A stretch of 64,000 nucleotides of DNA. Origin: Nemertoderma westbladi (Eukaryota > Animalia > Xenacoelomorpha). The notes under the pieces were generated by a model. That model ran no database searches. It saw only the letters and a program-made list of their open reading frames with translations, and had not been told where the DNA came from. The position numbers and the translations under genes were made by a program. Positions 1 through 13,109 of the stretch are shown piece by piece (positions within the stretch are counted from its first letter, which is position 1; each line of letters begins with the position of its first letter). The stretch spans positions 27,755 through 91,754 of the forward strand of contig JAUCBJ010001839.1 of the NCBI GenBank assembly GCA_032718475.1. Direction: 5' to 3'.

Positions 1-3000
1 GCGAACTTTGTTCCAATAGCTGCGATATTTGTTCCAATAGTTGCGAACTTTGTTCACGTAGTTGCGAACTATGTTGCAATAGTTGCTAACTTTGTTACAA
101 TAGTTGCGAACTTTTGTTCCAGTATTTGCGAACTTTGTTCCAATAGTTTCGAACTTTGTTCAAGTAATTGCGAAATTTGCTCCAATAGATGCGAACTTTG
201 TTCAAGTAGTTGCGAACTATGTTGCAATAGTTGCGAACTATGTTACAATAGTTGCGAACTTTTGTTCCAGTATTTGAGATCTTTGTTCCGATAGTTGCGA
301 ACTTTGTTCAAGTAGTTGCGAACTATGTTGCAATAGTTGCGAACTTTGTTACAATTGTTACGAACTTTTGTTCCAGTATTTGCGAACTTTGTTCCAATAG
401 TTGCGAACTTTGTTCCAATAGCTGCGATATTTGTTCCAATAGTTGCGAACTTTGTTCACGTAGTTGCGAACTATGTTGCAATAGTTGCGAACTATGTTAC
501 AATAGTTGCGAACTTTTGTTCCAGTATTTGAGAACTTTGTTCCGATAGTTGCGAACTTTGTTCAAGTAGTTGCGAACTATGATTCAATAGTTGCGAACTT
601 TGTTGAAGTAATTGCAAAATTTGTTTCAATAGTTGCGACGTTTGTTCAACTAGTTGCGAACTATGTTCCAATAGTTTCGATCTTTGTTCCAATAGTTGCG
701 AACTTTGTTCCAATAGCTGCGATATTTGTTCCAATAGTTGCGAACTTTGTTCACGTAGTTGCGAACTATGTTGCAATAGTTGCGAACTTTGTTACAATTG
801 TTACGAACTTTTGTTCCAGTATTTGCGAACTTTGCTCCAATAGTTTCGAACTTTGTTCAAGTAATTGCGAAATTTGCTCCAATAGATGCGAACTTTGATC
901 AAGTAGTTGCGAACTATGTTGCAATAGTTGCGAAATTTGCTCCAATAGTTGCGAACTATGTTTCAATAGCTGCGATATTTGTTCAAATAGTTGCGAACTT
1001 TGTCCCAATAGTTGCGAACTTTGTTCCAATAGCTGCGATATTTGTTCCAATAGTTGCTAACTCTGTTCAAGTAATTGCGAACTATGTTGCAATAGTTGCG
1101 AACTTTGTCCAATAGTTGCGAACTTTGTTCATGTAGTTGCGAACTTTGTTCAAGAAATTGCGAAATTTGTTTCAATAGTTGCGACGTTTGTTCAACTAGT
1201 TGCGAACTATGTTCCAATAGTTTCGATCTTTGTTCCAATAGTTGCGAACTTTGTTCCAATAGCTGCGATATTTGTTCCAATAGTTACGACTTTTGTTCAA
1301 GTAGTTGCAAACTATGTTGCAATAGTTGCGAACTTTGTTTCAATTAGTTGCGAACTTTGTTCCAATAGTTGGGAACTTTGTTCCAATAGTTGCGAACTTT
1401 GTTCCAATAGTTACGAACTATTGTTCCAGTATTTGCGAACTTTGTTCCAATAGTTGCGAACTTTGTTGAAGTAGTTGCAAACTATGATTCAATAGTTGCG
1501 ATCTTTGTTGAAGTAAGTGCAAAATTTGTTTCAAAACTTGCGACTTTTGTTCAAGTACTTGCGAACTATGTTCCAATAGTTTCGAACTTTGTTCCAATAG
1601 TTACGAACTTTTGTTCCAGTATTTGCGAACTTTGTTCCAATAGTTGCGAACTTTGCTCAAGTAGTTGAGAACTATGATTCAATAGTTGCGAACTTTGTTG
1701 AAGTAATTGCAAAATTTGTTTCAATAGTTGCGAACTTTGTTTCAATTAGTTGCGAACTTTGTTCCAATAGCTGCGATATTTGTTCCAATAGTTGCGAACT
1801 TTGTTCCAATAGTTACGAACTATTGTTCCAGTATTTGCGAACTTTGTTCCAATAGTTGCGAACTTTGTTGAAGTAGTTGCAAACTATGATTCAATAGTTG
1901 CGATCTTTGTTGAAGTAAGTGCAAAATTTGTTTCAAAACTTGCGACTTTTGTTCAAGTACTTGCGAACTATGTTCCAATAGTTTCGAACTTTGTTCCAAT
2001 AGTTACGAACTTTTGTTCCAGTATTTGCGAACTTTGTTCCAATAGTTGCGAACTTTGCTCAAGTAGTTGAGAACTATGATTCAATAGTTGCGAACTTTGT
2101 TGAAGTAATTGCAAAATTTGTTTCAATAGTTGCGACTTTCGTTCAAGTAGTTGCGAACTATGTTCCAATAGTTGCGATCTTTGTTGAAGTAAGTGCAAAA
2201 TTTGTTTCAAAACTTGCGACTTTTGTTCAAGTACTTGCGAACTTTGTTCACGTAGTTGCGAACTATGTTGCAATAGTTGCGAACTTTGTTACAATAGTTG
2301 CGAACTTTTGTTCCAGTATTTGCGAACTTTGTTCCAATAGTTTCGAACTTTGTTCAAGTAATTGCGAAATTTGCTCCAACAGATGCGAACTTTGTTCAAA
2401 TAGTTGCGAACTATGTTGCAATAGTTGCGAACTTTGTTCCAATCGTTGCGAACTATGTTGCAATAGTTGCGAACTTTGTTTCAATCAGTTGCGAACTTTG
2501 TTCCAATAGTTGGGAACTTTGTTCCAATAGTTGCGAACTTTGTTCCAATAGCTGCGATATTTGTTCCAATAGTTGCGAACTTTGTTCACGTAGTTGCGAA
2601 CTATGTTGCAATAGTTGCTAACTTTGTTACAATAGTTGCGAACTTTTGTTCCAGTATTTGCGAACTTTGTTCCAATAGTTTCGAACTTTGTTCAAGTAAT
2701 TGCGAAATTTGCTCCAATAGATGCGAACTTTGTTCAAGTAGTTGCGAACTATGTTGCAATAGTTGCGAACTATGTTACAATAGTTGCGAACTTTTGTTCC
2801 AGTATTTGAGATCTTTGTTCCGATAGTTGCGAACTTTGTTCAAGTAGTTGCGAACTATGTTGCAATAGTTGCGAACTTTGTTACAATTGTTACGAACTTT
2901 TGTTCCAGTATTTGCGAACTTTGTTCCAATAGTTGCGAACTTTGTTCCAATAGCTGCGATATTTGTTCCAATAGTTGCGAACTTTGTTCACGTAGTTGCG

Positions 3001-4422
3001 AACTATGTTGCAATAGTTGCGAACTATGTTACAATAGTTGCGAACTTTTGTTCCAGTATTTGAGAACTTTGTTCCGATAGTTGCGAACTTTGTTCAAGTA
3101 GTTGCGAACTATGATTCAATAGTTGCGAACTTTGTTGAAGTAATTGCAAAATTTGTTTCAATAGTTGCGACGTTTGTTCAACTAGTTGCGAACTATGTTC
3201 CAATAGTTTCGATCTTTGTTCCAATAGTTGCGAACTTTGTTCCAATAGCTGCGATATTTGTTCCAATAGTTGCGAACTTTGTTCACGTAGTTGCGAACTA
3301 TGTTGCAATAGTTGCGAACTTTGTTACAATTGTTACGAACTTTTGTTCCAGTATTTGCGAACTTTGCTCCAATAGTTTCGAACTTTGTTCAAGTAATTGC
3401 GAAATTTGCTCCAATAGATGCGAACTTTGATCAAGTAGTTGCGAACTATGTTGCAATAGTTGCGAAATTTGCTCCAATAGTTGCGAACTATGTTTCAATA
3501 GCTGCGATATTTGTTCAAATAGTTGCGAACTTTGTCCCAATAGTTGCGAACTTTGTTCCAATAGCTGCGATATTTGTTCCAATAGTTGCTAACTCTGTTC
3601 AAGTAATTGCGAACTATGTTGCAATAGTTGCGAACTTTGTCCAATAGTTGCGATATTTGTTCCAATAGTTGCGAACTTTGTTCACGTAGTTGCGAACTAT
3701 GTTGCAATAGTTGCGAACTATGTTACAATAGTTGCGAACTTTTGTTCCAGTATTTGAGAACTTTGTTCCGATAGTTGCGAACTTTGTTCAAGTAGTTGCG
3801 AACTATGATTCAATAGTTGCGAACTTTGTTGAAGTAATTGCAAAATTTGTTTCAATAGTTGCGACGTTTGTTCAACTAGTTGCGAACTATGTTCCAATAG
3901 TTTCGATCTTTGTTCCAATAGTTGCGAACTTTGTTCCAATAGCTGCGATATTTGTTCCAATAGTTGCGAACTTTGTTCACGTAGTTGCGAACTATGTTGC
4001 AATAGTTGCGAACTTTGTTACAATTGTTACGAACTTTTGTTCCAGTATTTGCGAACTTTGCTCCAATAGTTTCGAACTTTGTTCAAGTAATTGCGAAATT
4101 TGCTCCAATAGATGCGAACTTTGATCAAGTAGTTGCGAACTATGTTGCAATAGTTGCGAAATTTGCTCCAATAGTTGCGAACTATGTTTCAATAGCTGCG
4201 ATATTTGTTCAAATAGTTGCGAACTTTGTCCCAATAGTTGCGAACTTTGTTCCAATAGCTGCGATATTTGTTCCAATAGTTGCTAACTCTGTTCAAGTAA
4301 TTGCGAACTATGTTGCAATAGTTGCGAACTTTGTCCAATAGTTGCGAACTTTGTTCTAGTAGTTGCGAACTTTGTTCATGTAGTTGCGAACTTTGTTCAA
4401 GAAATTGCGAAATTTGCTCCAA
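1..4422. repeat. 21-bp satellite A (TAGTTGCGAACTTTGTTCCAA)n, array 1, truncated by the window start
   Basis: Continuous degenerate 21-mers; higher-order duplications of 2532 bp (252 vs 2784) and 694 bp (3024 vs 3718). Confidence 0.97.
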
Positions 4423-5063
4423 AGACACCCAAACCCGAACCTGGTTTTCTAATGAGTATCATATCGACATAATAACAACATATTATGATTAGGAATTCAG
4501 GACTATTTCCTTCAGTGTTGTAGTTTAGCACTTTAGAATACAGAGCGATGTGAGACGCACGAGGCGAGATCCGAGACGTATAGTGTAGATGGCCTAATAA
4601 GGTGATGATGGATCGCTCTTTATAGAGAATAGAGAAGTTTTGTCCTTATAACCTTATCATTCCTTTATCACACAGATGAAGTCTGAAAGTACCTATTTGG
4701 AAATTGCTACACTCTGCCGGCATCTTTACCAATTAAGAAAAGACATCCACTATGTTGATTACTGGTCAGTCTGTTTAACTGGCCAATTAGCACAGATGTG
4801 TTTCTTCTAAAAGTACCGAACTACTTCCTGATGCCCAACACTTTATTATTATCTGTTTATTTATTTCAATTGCGCCTCTCGGCATAAAATAATGTACTGA
4901 ACTAATGTAAAATAAATAAATACGATTAATGTATGTAAAATGTATTTAGTAGTAATTTAAAATATGATAAATTCGTTTGGGACTAGTTTAAAATTGGAGT
5001 GAGTTTAATATTGGGACGCATCAATCAGTCGAAGCTGTCGAGAAAACTCAGACCATGAGGTTT

Positions 5064-6708
5064 TATTAGGAGCCCGCTCGACAGGCGGGATACTTCTGTA
5101 AAAATCTGCGCTGTAAAAATCTCAGGATATATAACACTGACTGACTGACTGACTGATAATTATCAAGGTTCAGGCACTTCCTGCCCGGCGATTTTGTTGA
5201 AATTTTAAAAGTAAATTGCTTTGGTGGTTCATAATCGCGTTACAAAATATTAGATCGATTCTATGTGTGGTATTCGATATATTTAGTTTTTTGACATTAT
5301 TTTGTCGCGAAATTAACAGCAATGGTAAAATAACAACTCCTGCCTGAGCTGCAGCAGCTAGCTGTGGAGTAGGAACGGTGGATTGCAGGGCTGTATGAGA
5401 TAGAATTCCATCCAGGCAGAATTTCTTGACTTTGACTTTCTTGCCTTTGCCTTGTAGGAGCAGCGCTGCTGGCTATGTCTACACTTCCTTATCAGCTCTC
5501 AAGTATAGACAGAAAATAGTTGAGTTGTCAATAAACATAATAAAATATACAACTGCAGTAGGATTATATTATTATTCCACGAATCATTGGGCTGATTATT
5601 TTGTATAGGATATATGTAGAAAGTTCTTAAAAATAATATTCTTATTTTTATTATTACATAGGATTAGCATCATTTTTTAGCTGAAGCATTAATAGTGCAA
5701 ATTAATTTAATTATATTTTAATACCATTACTACATTGGCATAAGATAAGTTTTAACATTTCTAACAAATATTATAAAACTCAATAGTGTTGCGAGCATAA
5801 AACTCAAATCACGCAAATTTAAAAGAACCGGGTGTGTTGTCATAATATCTATTATTATTATTCTGCTTGACTGGATCTGGGTGCAGATTTGCTTTTGGGA
5901 CGGGGTGCTGATTGAAAGGGGGGTTGAAGGGGGAACTGTCCCCCCTTTTCACTTTGACTGATTTGCGGTTTTGTTAAATTTCTTGGATATAGTTGTTGTG
6001 ATGCTAAAATTTAATTTGTCTTTGATAATGTATTATTTTGTTTAATATTGTTTAGACCATCAATTTTCATAATATTAGTTGAGTTTTTGTTTATACATTT
6101 GCTCTATAATATATTATATAATTTGTATTTATTCAAAAAATTGAATGAAACTGTTATCACTATTATTATCTTACTAGAACTACTGACACTAATGTGGAAC
6201 AGCTAGGATATTTGGGCTTTGTTTGTGTTTTAGTTTCAGTAACTATAGCTACCCCTTTCTATTGTTAGTTTTGTTCTATAATGCAGCATTGGTTGATTGC
6301 CTTAGTAGCCGGTGGTGTTGAAATATTCGTATGGAAATGGAGTCTGCATTTGTAATATAGGGTGGTTCTAGGGTGGGTTCAGGGTCATCACTTGCTCGGT
6401 GTCCTGGTTGTGCTTCATGGGCATTTTTTTCATAAATATTCGGTAATCTTATATCTTGTAAACGTGCTTGATATTGAAATTATTTGCTTCATATTATATT
6501 TTTGTTAGTGGTAGCAAAGTTTAATTTTTTATTATGTGGGACAATCCACAAAGTCAGCTAGCCTCACGCCTTACAGTTTACACAATTGTTTAGTTTAGGC
6601 CTATTTACTAGGCCTAGAGCTGACTGACATAGTTCATTTGTAATAGTCTTGGCTAGGATTCCCCCCCCCCCCCCCGGGCTCCTTCCAGCCAACTTGCTGG
6701 CTTTCTAG
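5064..6708 (+). mobile_element. Helentron/HINE-type non-autonomous rolling-circle element
   Basis: subTIRs GGAGCCCG (5069-5076)/CGGGCTCC (6675-6682), 3' hairpin CCAGC..GCTGG, CTAG end, (ACTG)n, T-rich target; absent at the paralogous site ~19835. Confidence 0.72.
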
Positions 6709-6954
6709 TTATTTATTTATTTATTAACGTAAAACCAGTTAGACTGGCACGATGTCAAGTAAAAATGGGTATGTCCCCTAAATGCATCAAAAGTAAAATA
6801 TTGCTGACATTAAATAAATCAACCCACATATGCTTATTCACATTATAAAGGCTGGGTCTAACAGAGATGAAAGATAATTATTGAGATCGATTATAACACA
6901 CTAATTGTATATTGAATAGCAGGAATGGTTGGTCATGTAATGATAGGCCTAAAG

Positions 6955-7175
6955 TGGGGGTAAACGCTACGCCTACACTTACACCTACACCCACACCTAT
7001 ACAGGTTAGTAAAGAAGCAGGTTACAGAGGCGAGTTGAAATGAACCAAAACAATAAACTAGGGATAGGGTCATAATTTAATTGTGAATCAGCAGTTTGAG
7101 GATCAACAGTCAGATGTATTGGCTTACGGGCAGGCCGGTACATAGGTGTAAGTGTAGGCGTAACGTTTACCCCCA
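6955..7175. mobile_element. MITE with ~33-bp TIRs (MULE-like)
   Basis: tgggggtaaacgctacgcctacacttacaccta ... taggtgtaagtgtaggcgtaacgtttaccccca; absent at the paralogous site ~20070; TSD degenerate. Confidence 0.72.
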
Positions 7176-8245
7176 GTTAAAGTACTGCAGAATAAGATTA
7201 TGCTTTTCCGTGAAGGAAATTGATGGCGTTCTGTAACAGTTTGTTATAAAACAGGACGACGCAGTATCGGACGCAGTAGGATTGCACCGATCCAATCTGT
7301 ATACCATGTTCTTTTTATGATATTTGGAGGTATGTAGAGACATCAGGGACGGAAAAGGAAAGTCACGATTAGCCCGACTGTATGGACTACCGATTCCCTT
7401 ATACTGAATGATATCCTTATTAAACTCAAGCAATGTATGGAGAATATTGTGCAGTGGGGAGTTGGGACAGTCATTTATACGCATAATTGTGCCGAGAGCT
7501 AGTTTCAAAGCTTCAGTTGAGAAATAATTGCAGTTGAAAATGTTGTTAATAACTGAGTTGTTTGCGTATGATCCCACACTCAATAACCCCCGTAGATGTT
7601 ATCGATATGAACGTCCAACTTCTCAATTTCGTTGCTATTCAGGGACCCTATATAAAATCGTGCACTATAAAGCATGCCTGGGAGGGCTATACAGTTCCAA
7701 AGAATTGACAAAGTACTCGCATCTAATCGATGAATTGTCCAGCTCCTCCTGTGGAAACTGTCAGCAATGGCGGTGATATACACCGCCAATATCAACCATT
7801 TTTACAATATCTGACACTGATGTAGCCAGTAGCAGTAGGTCATCAGCATAGTTTATTGCACCAAGCCAGTTATTCAATATGCAACATCCAAACCCAGTCT
7901 TCCAACCTATTCATAACGTCTGCAATGTATGTATTGAATAGGACAGGTTAGAGAATCGACCCCTTTTTGACGCCTTTATGGACTGCGAAACCAATTCCTT
8001 CAATTGAGTCATCAAACTTGAGATTTCCACAGTTTTACAGTAATAATCAAGTAGGGTTAAACAATCACATGGATTGAGTCGACCACTAAGTTTCCTAAAA
8101 TATACCATTAATTTTCACTCAGCAAGCTGTGTCTTAGTCGAGCAACCAGTTTTTTCGCTTCTTTAAAGAGCTTGTGCTTGTTTATCTTTGTGTCTTCCTG
8201 TTTTTCGTCCTGCGACGTCTCCCTTAATCTCTCTCCCTTAATTGT
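7176..8245 (-). mobile_element. Degenerate non-LTR retrotransposon (LINE) fragment with RT core
   Basis: Minus strand GVKKGSIL*PVLFNTYIADVM and GCCILNNWLGAINYADDLLLLA (YADD) at ~7790-7975. Confidence 0.78.
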
Positions 8246-8249
8246 GGGG

Positions 8250-8387
8250 TCAAATGTAGTAACACTGAACAGTCAGGCCTTAACTAAGGCTTTAATAAAC
8301 TATAAGAACTGCACTACATACAGTCATACAGACTGGCGTACCGGTAGAACACAAGGTATATGAAGCACTAACATATCATACACATCA
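8250..8387 (-). repeat. 3' LTR (138 bp)
   Basis: Copy of the 5' LTR with an 8-bp internal duplication and a few substitutions; preceded by a degenerate purine tract GGTGGCTGAGAA. Confidence 0.9.
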
Positions 8388-8533
8388 TTCTCAGCCACCA
8401 AAAAAAATTTTCACACATACCGAAATTCAAAAACATATTCTAAGAGTTCCTAGAACATGGAGTTTTGTAAAAATATTACGTGACATGAAAAATTAATAAA
8501 TTCTCAGGTGAGTCTTGAACATAATATCATTGT

Positions 8534-11290
8534 CTAATAGAAATAATCTGGGCTGCGGCGATTACGTTTGGATCGGCGATAAACTGTTTCAAAACCACCG
8601 GACGCTTCTTCGCGTGAAGGTTGAGGACTCGGAATCGGAGTTGGATTGGCTTCTTCAATAGGGCTCACTTCTCCACTATTCACCGGGACATTCATAGGCT
8701 GCAAATCAGTCTCAGCTTCTTGCGATGAACTCTGGTTACACGGCGGAGCAGATTCTCCACTTTGTTCTAGAACACTATCAGAACGTTCAGAACCGCATGG
8801 GGCCAAGTGTCTGATTGAAACGGTTGTCTCAAGACCATCTGGATAACGTACATGGGCGTACTGAGGGTTGGCCTGAAGCAACTCAACCTCATCCACGAGT
8901 GGATCATTCTTAGTTGAGCGAACATAACGCTTGAGCAAGACAGGACTGGGAGTCATCAACCAAGTGGGAACAGAGACTCCGAAGGTAGACCTCCGATTAT
9001 AATTGAACAGTCTCTCGTGCGGTGTGAGGTTTGTTGCTGTTGAGAGCAGAGATCGGATCGAATGCAGAGCATCAGGGATAACCTCCTGCTAAGCTTGTTG
9101 CGGTAAGCCCTTAGTTTTAAGATTGAGTGTGACTGCTCTCCAAATGGTATCATTAAACTTCTCAATCTGTCTGTTCCCCTGGGGGTTATAACTAGTAGTT
9201 TTACTGGTGGCAATACCTTTGCTAAGAAGAAACTGACGAGTTTCTTTACTGATGAAAGAACTTCCCCTATCATTATGAATAAATCCCGGCATTCCAAATA
9301 TGGAAAACAACTGACAAAAACAATTATTAATTGTTACAGAAGTCATATCTGGACATGGAAATGCAAACGGAAATCGACTGTACTCATCTACAATCGTAAG
9401 CAAATATCGGTTCTTGTTATTGGTCGGCAGTGGGCCTTTAAAATCAACATTAAGCCGCTCAAAGGCTTGAGTAGATTTAATAATTAAATGAGCGGGTTCA
9501 GGTTTATGAAATCGTGGCTTGCACTCAGCACATATCCTGCATGTACTAGTCATCCGTTTCACATCATCTAATGAATAGGGTAGATTTCGAGATTTAACAA
9601 AATGGTACATCCGAATGACACCGGGATGACTCAAGGATTGATGTAAGTTAAGCAATGTGCTATCATTCAGAGAAGCTGAATAATGGACTCGAGAAAAAGT
9701 ATCAGGTGGAACATTTTCGCGCCCAGGCTTATGAACAATATCGAAGTTATAGCAGGAAAGTTCCATTCGCCATCTCATCAGTTTATCATTTTTAATCTTT
9801 CCCTTATGATTAATATCAAATACATAACATAAAGCAACTGATACTTGGTCGGTTCATAGGGTGAAATGCTTAGAAGTAAGGTAGTGTCTCCAGTGGCGAA
9901 CGGTCTCTATAATAGCCTGAGTTTCTTTTTCAACTGTGGAATGCTGAGTCTCAGATCCATGAAGTGTACGTGAAAAGAACGCTACAGGTCGACCCAACTG
10001 GTTAAGTGTGGCAGCAATAGCGAAATCAGAGGCATCAGTTTCAACTTCAAACTTAGAGGATTCGTCTGTCAATCCAACAACAGAATTAGCAATAATATCC
10101 TTGAGAACATTGAATGCCTCCAGAGCTTTTCGGGAGTATGGAAACTGTAACTTTAACCAATGGTCGAAGTTTATCGGAAAAACTTGGTATCCACTGAGCA
10201 TAATATGAAAATAACCCAAGGACTCGCTTGTGAGCTTTCATGTCTGTTGGAGGAGGTAGCTCACGTAGAGGACGGAGACGCTCTGGATCCGGGATCCTTT
10301 TACCGTTTTCTACAACTGACCCTAAGATACTGAGACATGTCGTGGAGAAGACACATTTCCTCTGATTCAGAGTGATATTGCGACTAGCTACTGCTTCAAA
10401 AAACCGTTTCAGTTTCTTATCATGGTCTGCTTGATCAATTCCACATATGGTAATATCGTCCAGATAACAAATGTACCATCCAAGTTCTCTTCGCAAATTA
10501 TATCGTCAATTATGCATTGAAAGCAGCTGACTCCATTAGTTACACCGTAGGGAATGCGGGTAAACTGGCAAAGTCCCCCACTGGCTTCAAATGCCGTGAA
10601 AGGTTTATCATCTTCACAAATTCGGATTTGGTGGTAAGCACTCTTTAAATCTATTGTACTAAAGACTCTGTACTGAGCAATATTATTCACAGTTTCGTTG
10701 ATTCGAGGTAATGGGTATCCATCCAGTAGTGTAAATTTATTTATTGTTTGAGAGTAGTCAATGACCATTCTCTTCTTATGGTTCTCATTCTTCACAACCA
10801 CAACCTGAGCTCTCCATGGAGAGTTGCTACGTTCTATAACCCCTTCAGACAACAGGCAGTGAACTTCTTCATCTATGAATTTGTGGTCATCTGTGCTGTA
10901 TCGGCGTGAAGGAGAAGCAATTGGATGACAATCAGTTGACATATTACTAAACAAATCTGGAGGTGACACATCCAAACTACAAAGGTTACAAACCAGATCC
11001 AATGGAGAATCCGGTCCACCATAATTTAGAGTAATCCGCTGGTGTTTCGATTGGAAATCAACACCAAGAACTAAATCTGTACAGAGGGATGGCAATAACA
11101 TGAGCCTGATATTCTTGTACCAACGCTCACCTAACAGAAAAGAAACACGACAGTGACCGTTGACTGGAACAGATTTAGAAGAATCCGCCATTCGAACCTC
11201 ACCGCTGTGTGGATAGATCCTAAGATTATACTGTTTAGCAACATCAGGGTGAACAAAACTTTCTGAGCTACCGCTATCGATAAAGAGCAT
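8534..11290 (-). pseudogene. pol: Gypsy pol (protease, RT, RNase H, integrase), broken by frameshifts
   Basis: IDSGSSESF protease; IDLKSAYHQ and YLDD RT; VETDASDFA RNase H; HPG..CRICAEC, VDFKGP, NDRGSSF, IEKFN integrase. Confidence 0.92.
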
Positions 11291-12276
11291 TCTTAATTAT
11301 ACCTTTAATTTTTACATCTACTGTTGTCCGAGACAAGGATCCGGGCGGTGCGGCGGCGGGGACAGTAGAAGCGAGATATGGCCCATTGCTACTCGATGGG
11401 TCCTCATTAATACCGATGGCTGCAGCTGAAATGGAAGAGCTATTCCCCCTTGAAGCTGACCTACAGACTCGAGCGAAATGTCCAGGCTTGGTACATTTGT
11501 GACATGTTGCACTTCTAGCAGGACAATGATTTCTCGGATGTCTCCCATTACCACAAAATGAACCATTTATTATTATTCTGCAAACTGGAAACTCCCACTC
11601 CGGAAGAACTTCCTCCCCCTGAACTTCCACCTCCAGAACTTCCTCCTCCCGAACTTCCTTTTCCTGCTCCTGCCGAATTAAGTGAACTCGATGACCATGG
11701 AGGTGGACCTGTCGTTGCGGTAACCATGGTCTCAGGAAGGTCGACTGTGTTATAAGCTTGGGAACTGGTGTGGGCATTTTCCAAAGAACGAGCCTGTTCA
11801 TACGTTGTAGCTAGATCGATTGTTTTATTTTCCAACAGCCACTGTCGTATCGTGGAAGACCATAACCCTGCAATAAAAGCGTCTCGAATAGCTGCATCTC
11901 GGTTCTCAGTAGCTGACACTGCCTGGTGGTTACAGTCCTTACTTAAAACCTTTAAACTCTGCAAGAACTGATCCAGGGATTTGCTCAGTTGTTGGCGACG
12001 AATGGCGAGCACGTGGCATGCATACACTTCATTGGTAGGCTTAATATAGAGATTGTCTAACGTATTAATCGCCGCGTCGTAGCTGTCATGTTCTTCGAAA
12101 TATTCAAAGACTTTAGGCGACAAATAAACCATAAGAGTTTCTAACTTCTGGCGACGATCCTCCGGGATACTATCGAGGAAGTTTTCGAAAGTTTTCTTCC
12201 AGTGCCCATACTCTTTATACGCGCCCGGTGTATCCGGTTCTGTGTCGAAGCGTTCAGGCTTTAAAAGTTTATCCAT
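11290..12276 (-). pseudogene. gag: Gypsy gag (frameshift near 11560)
   Basis: MDKLLKPERFDTEP...IRDAFIAGL; knuckles CGNGRHPRNHC and CHKCTKPGHFARVC in a shifted frame. Confidence 0.85.
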
Positions 12277-12311
12277 AATGCAGTAAACATTAAAATTATA
12301 GTTTATTAAAT

Positions 12312-12441
12312 TGAAGTGTAGTAACACTGAACAGTCAGGCCTTAACTAAGACTTTAATAAACTATAAGAACTGCACTACATACAGACTGGCGTACCGGTA
12401 GAATACAAGGTATATGAAGCACTAACATATCATACACATCA
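12312..12441 (-). repeat. 5' LTR (130 bp)
   Basis: TGATGTGTA...TACACTTCA inverted termini; ATTAAA inside; matches 8250-8387. Confidence 0.9.
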
Positions 12442-12442
12442 T

Positions 12443-12767
12443 GGGGCGAGCCACGAAGTGAGCGAAGCCTTAGTATATGGGCACCATTAACGAGTTGTCT
12501 GTCGTCGTCGTCGTCGTCTGTCGTAAATTTTTGATCGCTAATAACTCGGTTATTCCTTGACGAAATTAAACGAAACTTGGTATATATGTAGTCGTCAAAA
12601 GTTTAGAAAGAATCTGAAGTTTTGTCAAAAACGAACGAACGCAACGAGGCACAAGACCAGGATGAGTATTGTGTTGAAGACTTCTGACTAACGGCAGACA
12701 ACTCGTTAATAGTACCCATATGCTAAAGGCTTTGCTCACTTCGTGCTGCGCGAAGACCCCACGAACG
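12443..12767 (+). mobile_element. Non-autonomous element with subterminal inverted repeats, TGT-flanked (Helentron/HINE- or Crypton-like, unresolved)
   Basis: GGGGCGAGCCACGAAG...CCCCACGAACG; ~54-bp internal inverted repeat; (GTC)n; absent from the paralogous site at ~21735. Confidence 0.7.
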
Positions 12768-13109
12768 TGTGATGATTGTGTCCATTGTTCACATTAACCA
12801 TCTGTACGACAATCCCAGATATGTGAGAGGATAATACGTAGTGTAAATTGTGATTAAGTAGCGTAAAAGTGCAAAATATGATGTATGGAAATGAATAGAG
12901 ATATTATATGATTGTTACAGTCAAGGTGATATCATTATTAAACGATTTCAATGTGCTACTGATGTACACAAAACAAATATGAAATTAGTTATGATATAGT
13001 GAAATATTGGAATGCAGGCATTTAGACTATTAAAATTGTTTAAATAAAACGGGAGTGAACCTGAGCAAATAAATAAATATACACCGTGATGCTGTTGTTA
13101 TACACGTAC

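Larger units (their letters stand above)
8250..12441 (-). mobile_element. Ty3/Gypsy LTR retrotransposon, full structure but frameshifted
   Basis: Two near-identical LTRs, 5-bp TSD TGGGG (8245-8249, 12442-12446), gag-PR-RT-RH-IN order. Confidence 0.95.

Noticed and set aside
1-4428. Many ORFs with heptad repeats (VANFVPI, SSQLLEQ, CELCSNS), also at 17192-19269 and 22824-23196
   Set aside because: Translations of a 21-bp satellite in all frames and both strands, with frequent frame-breaking indels; they lie in introns
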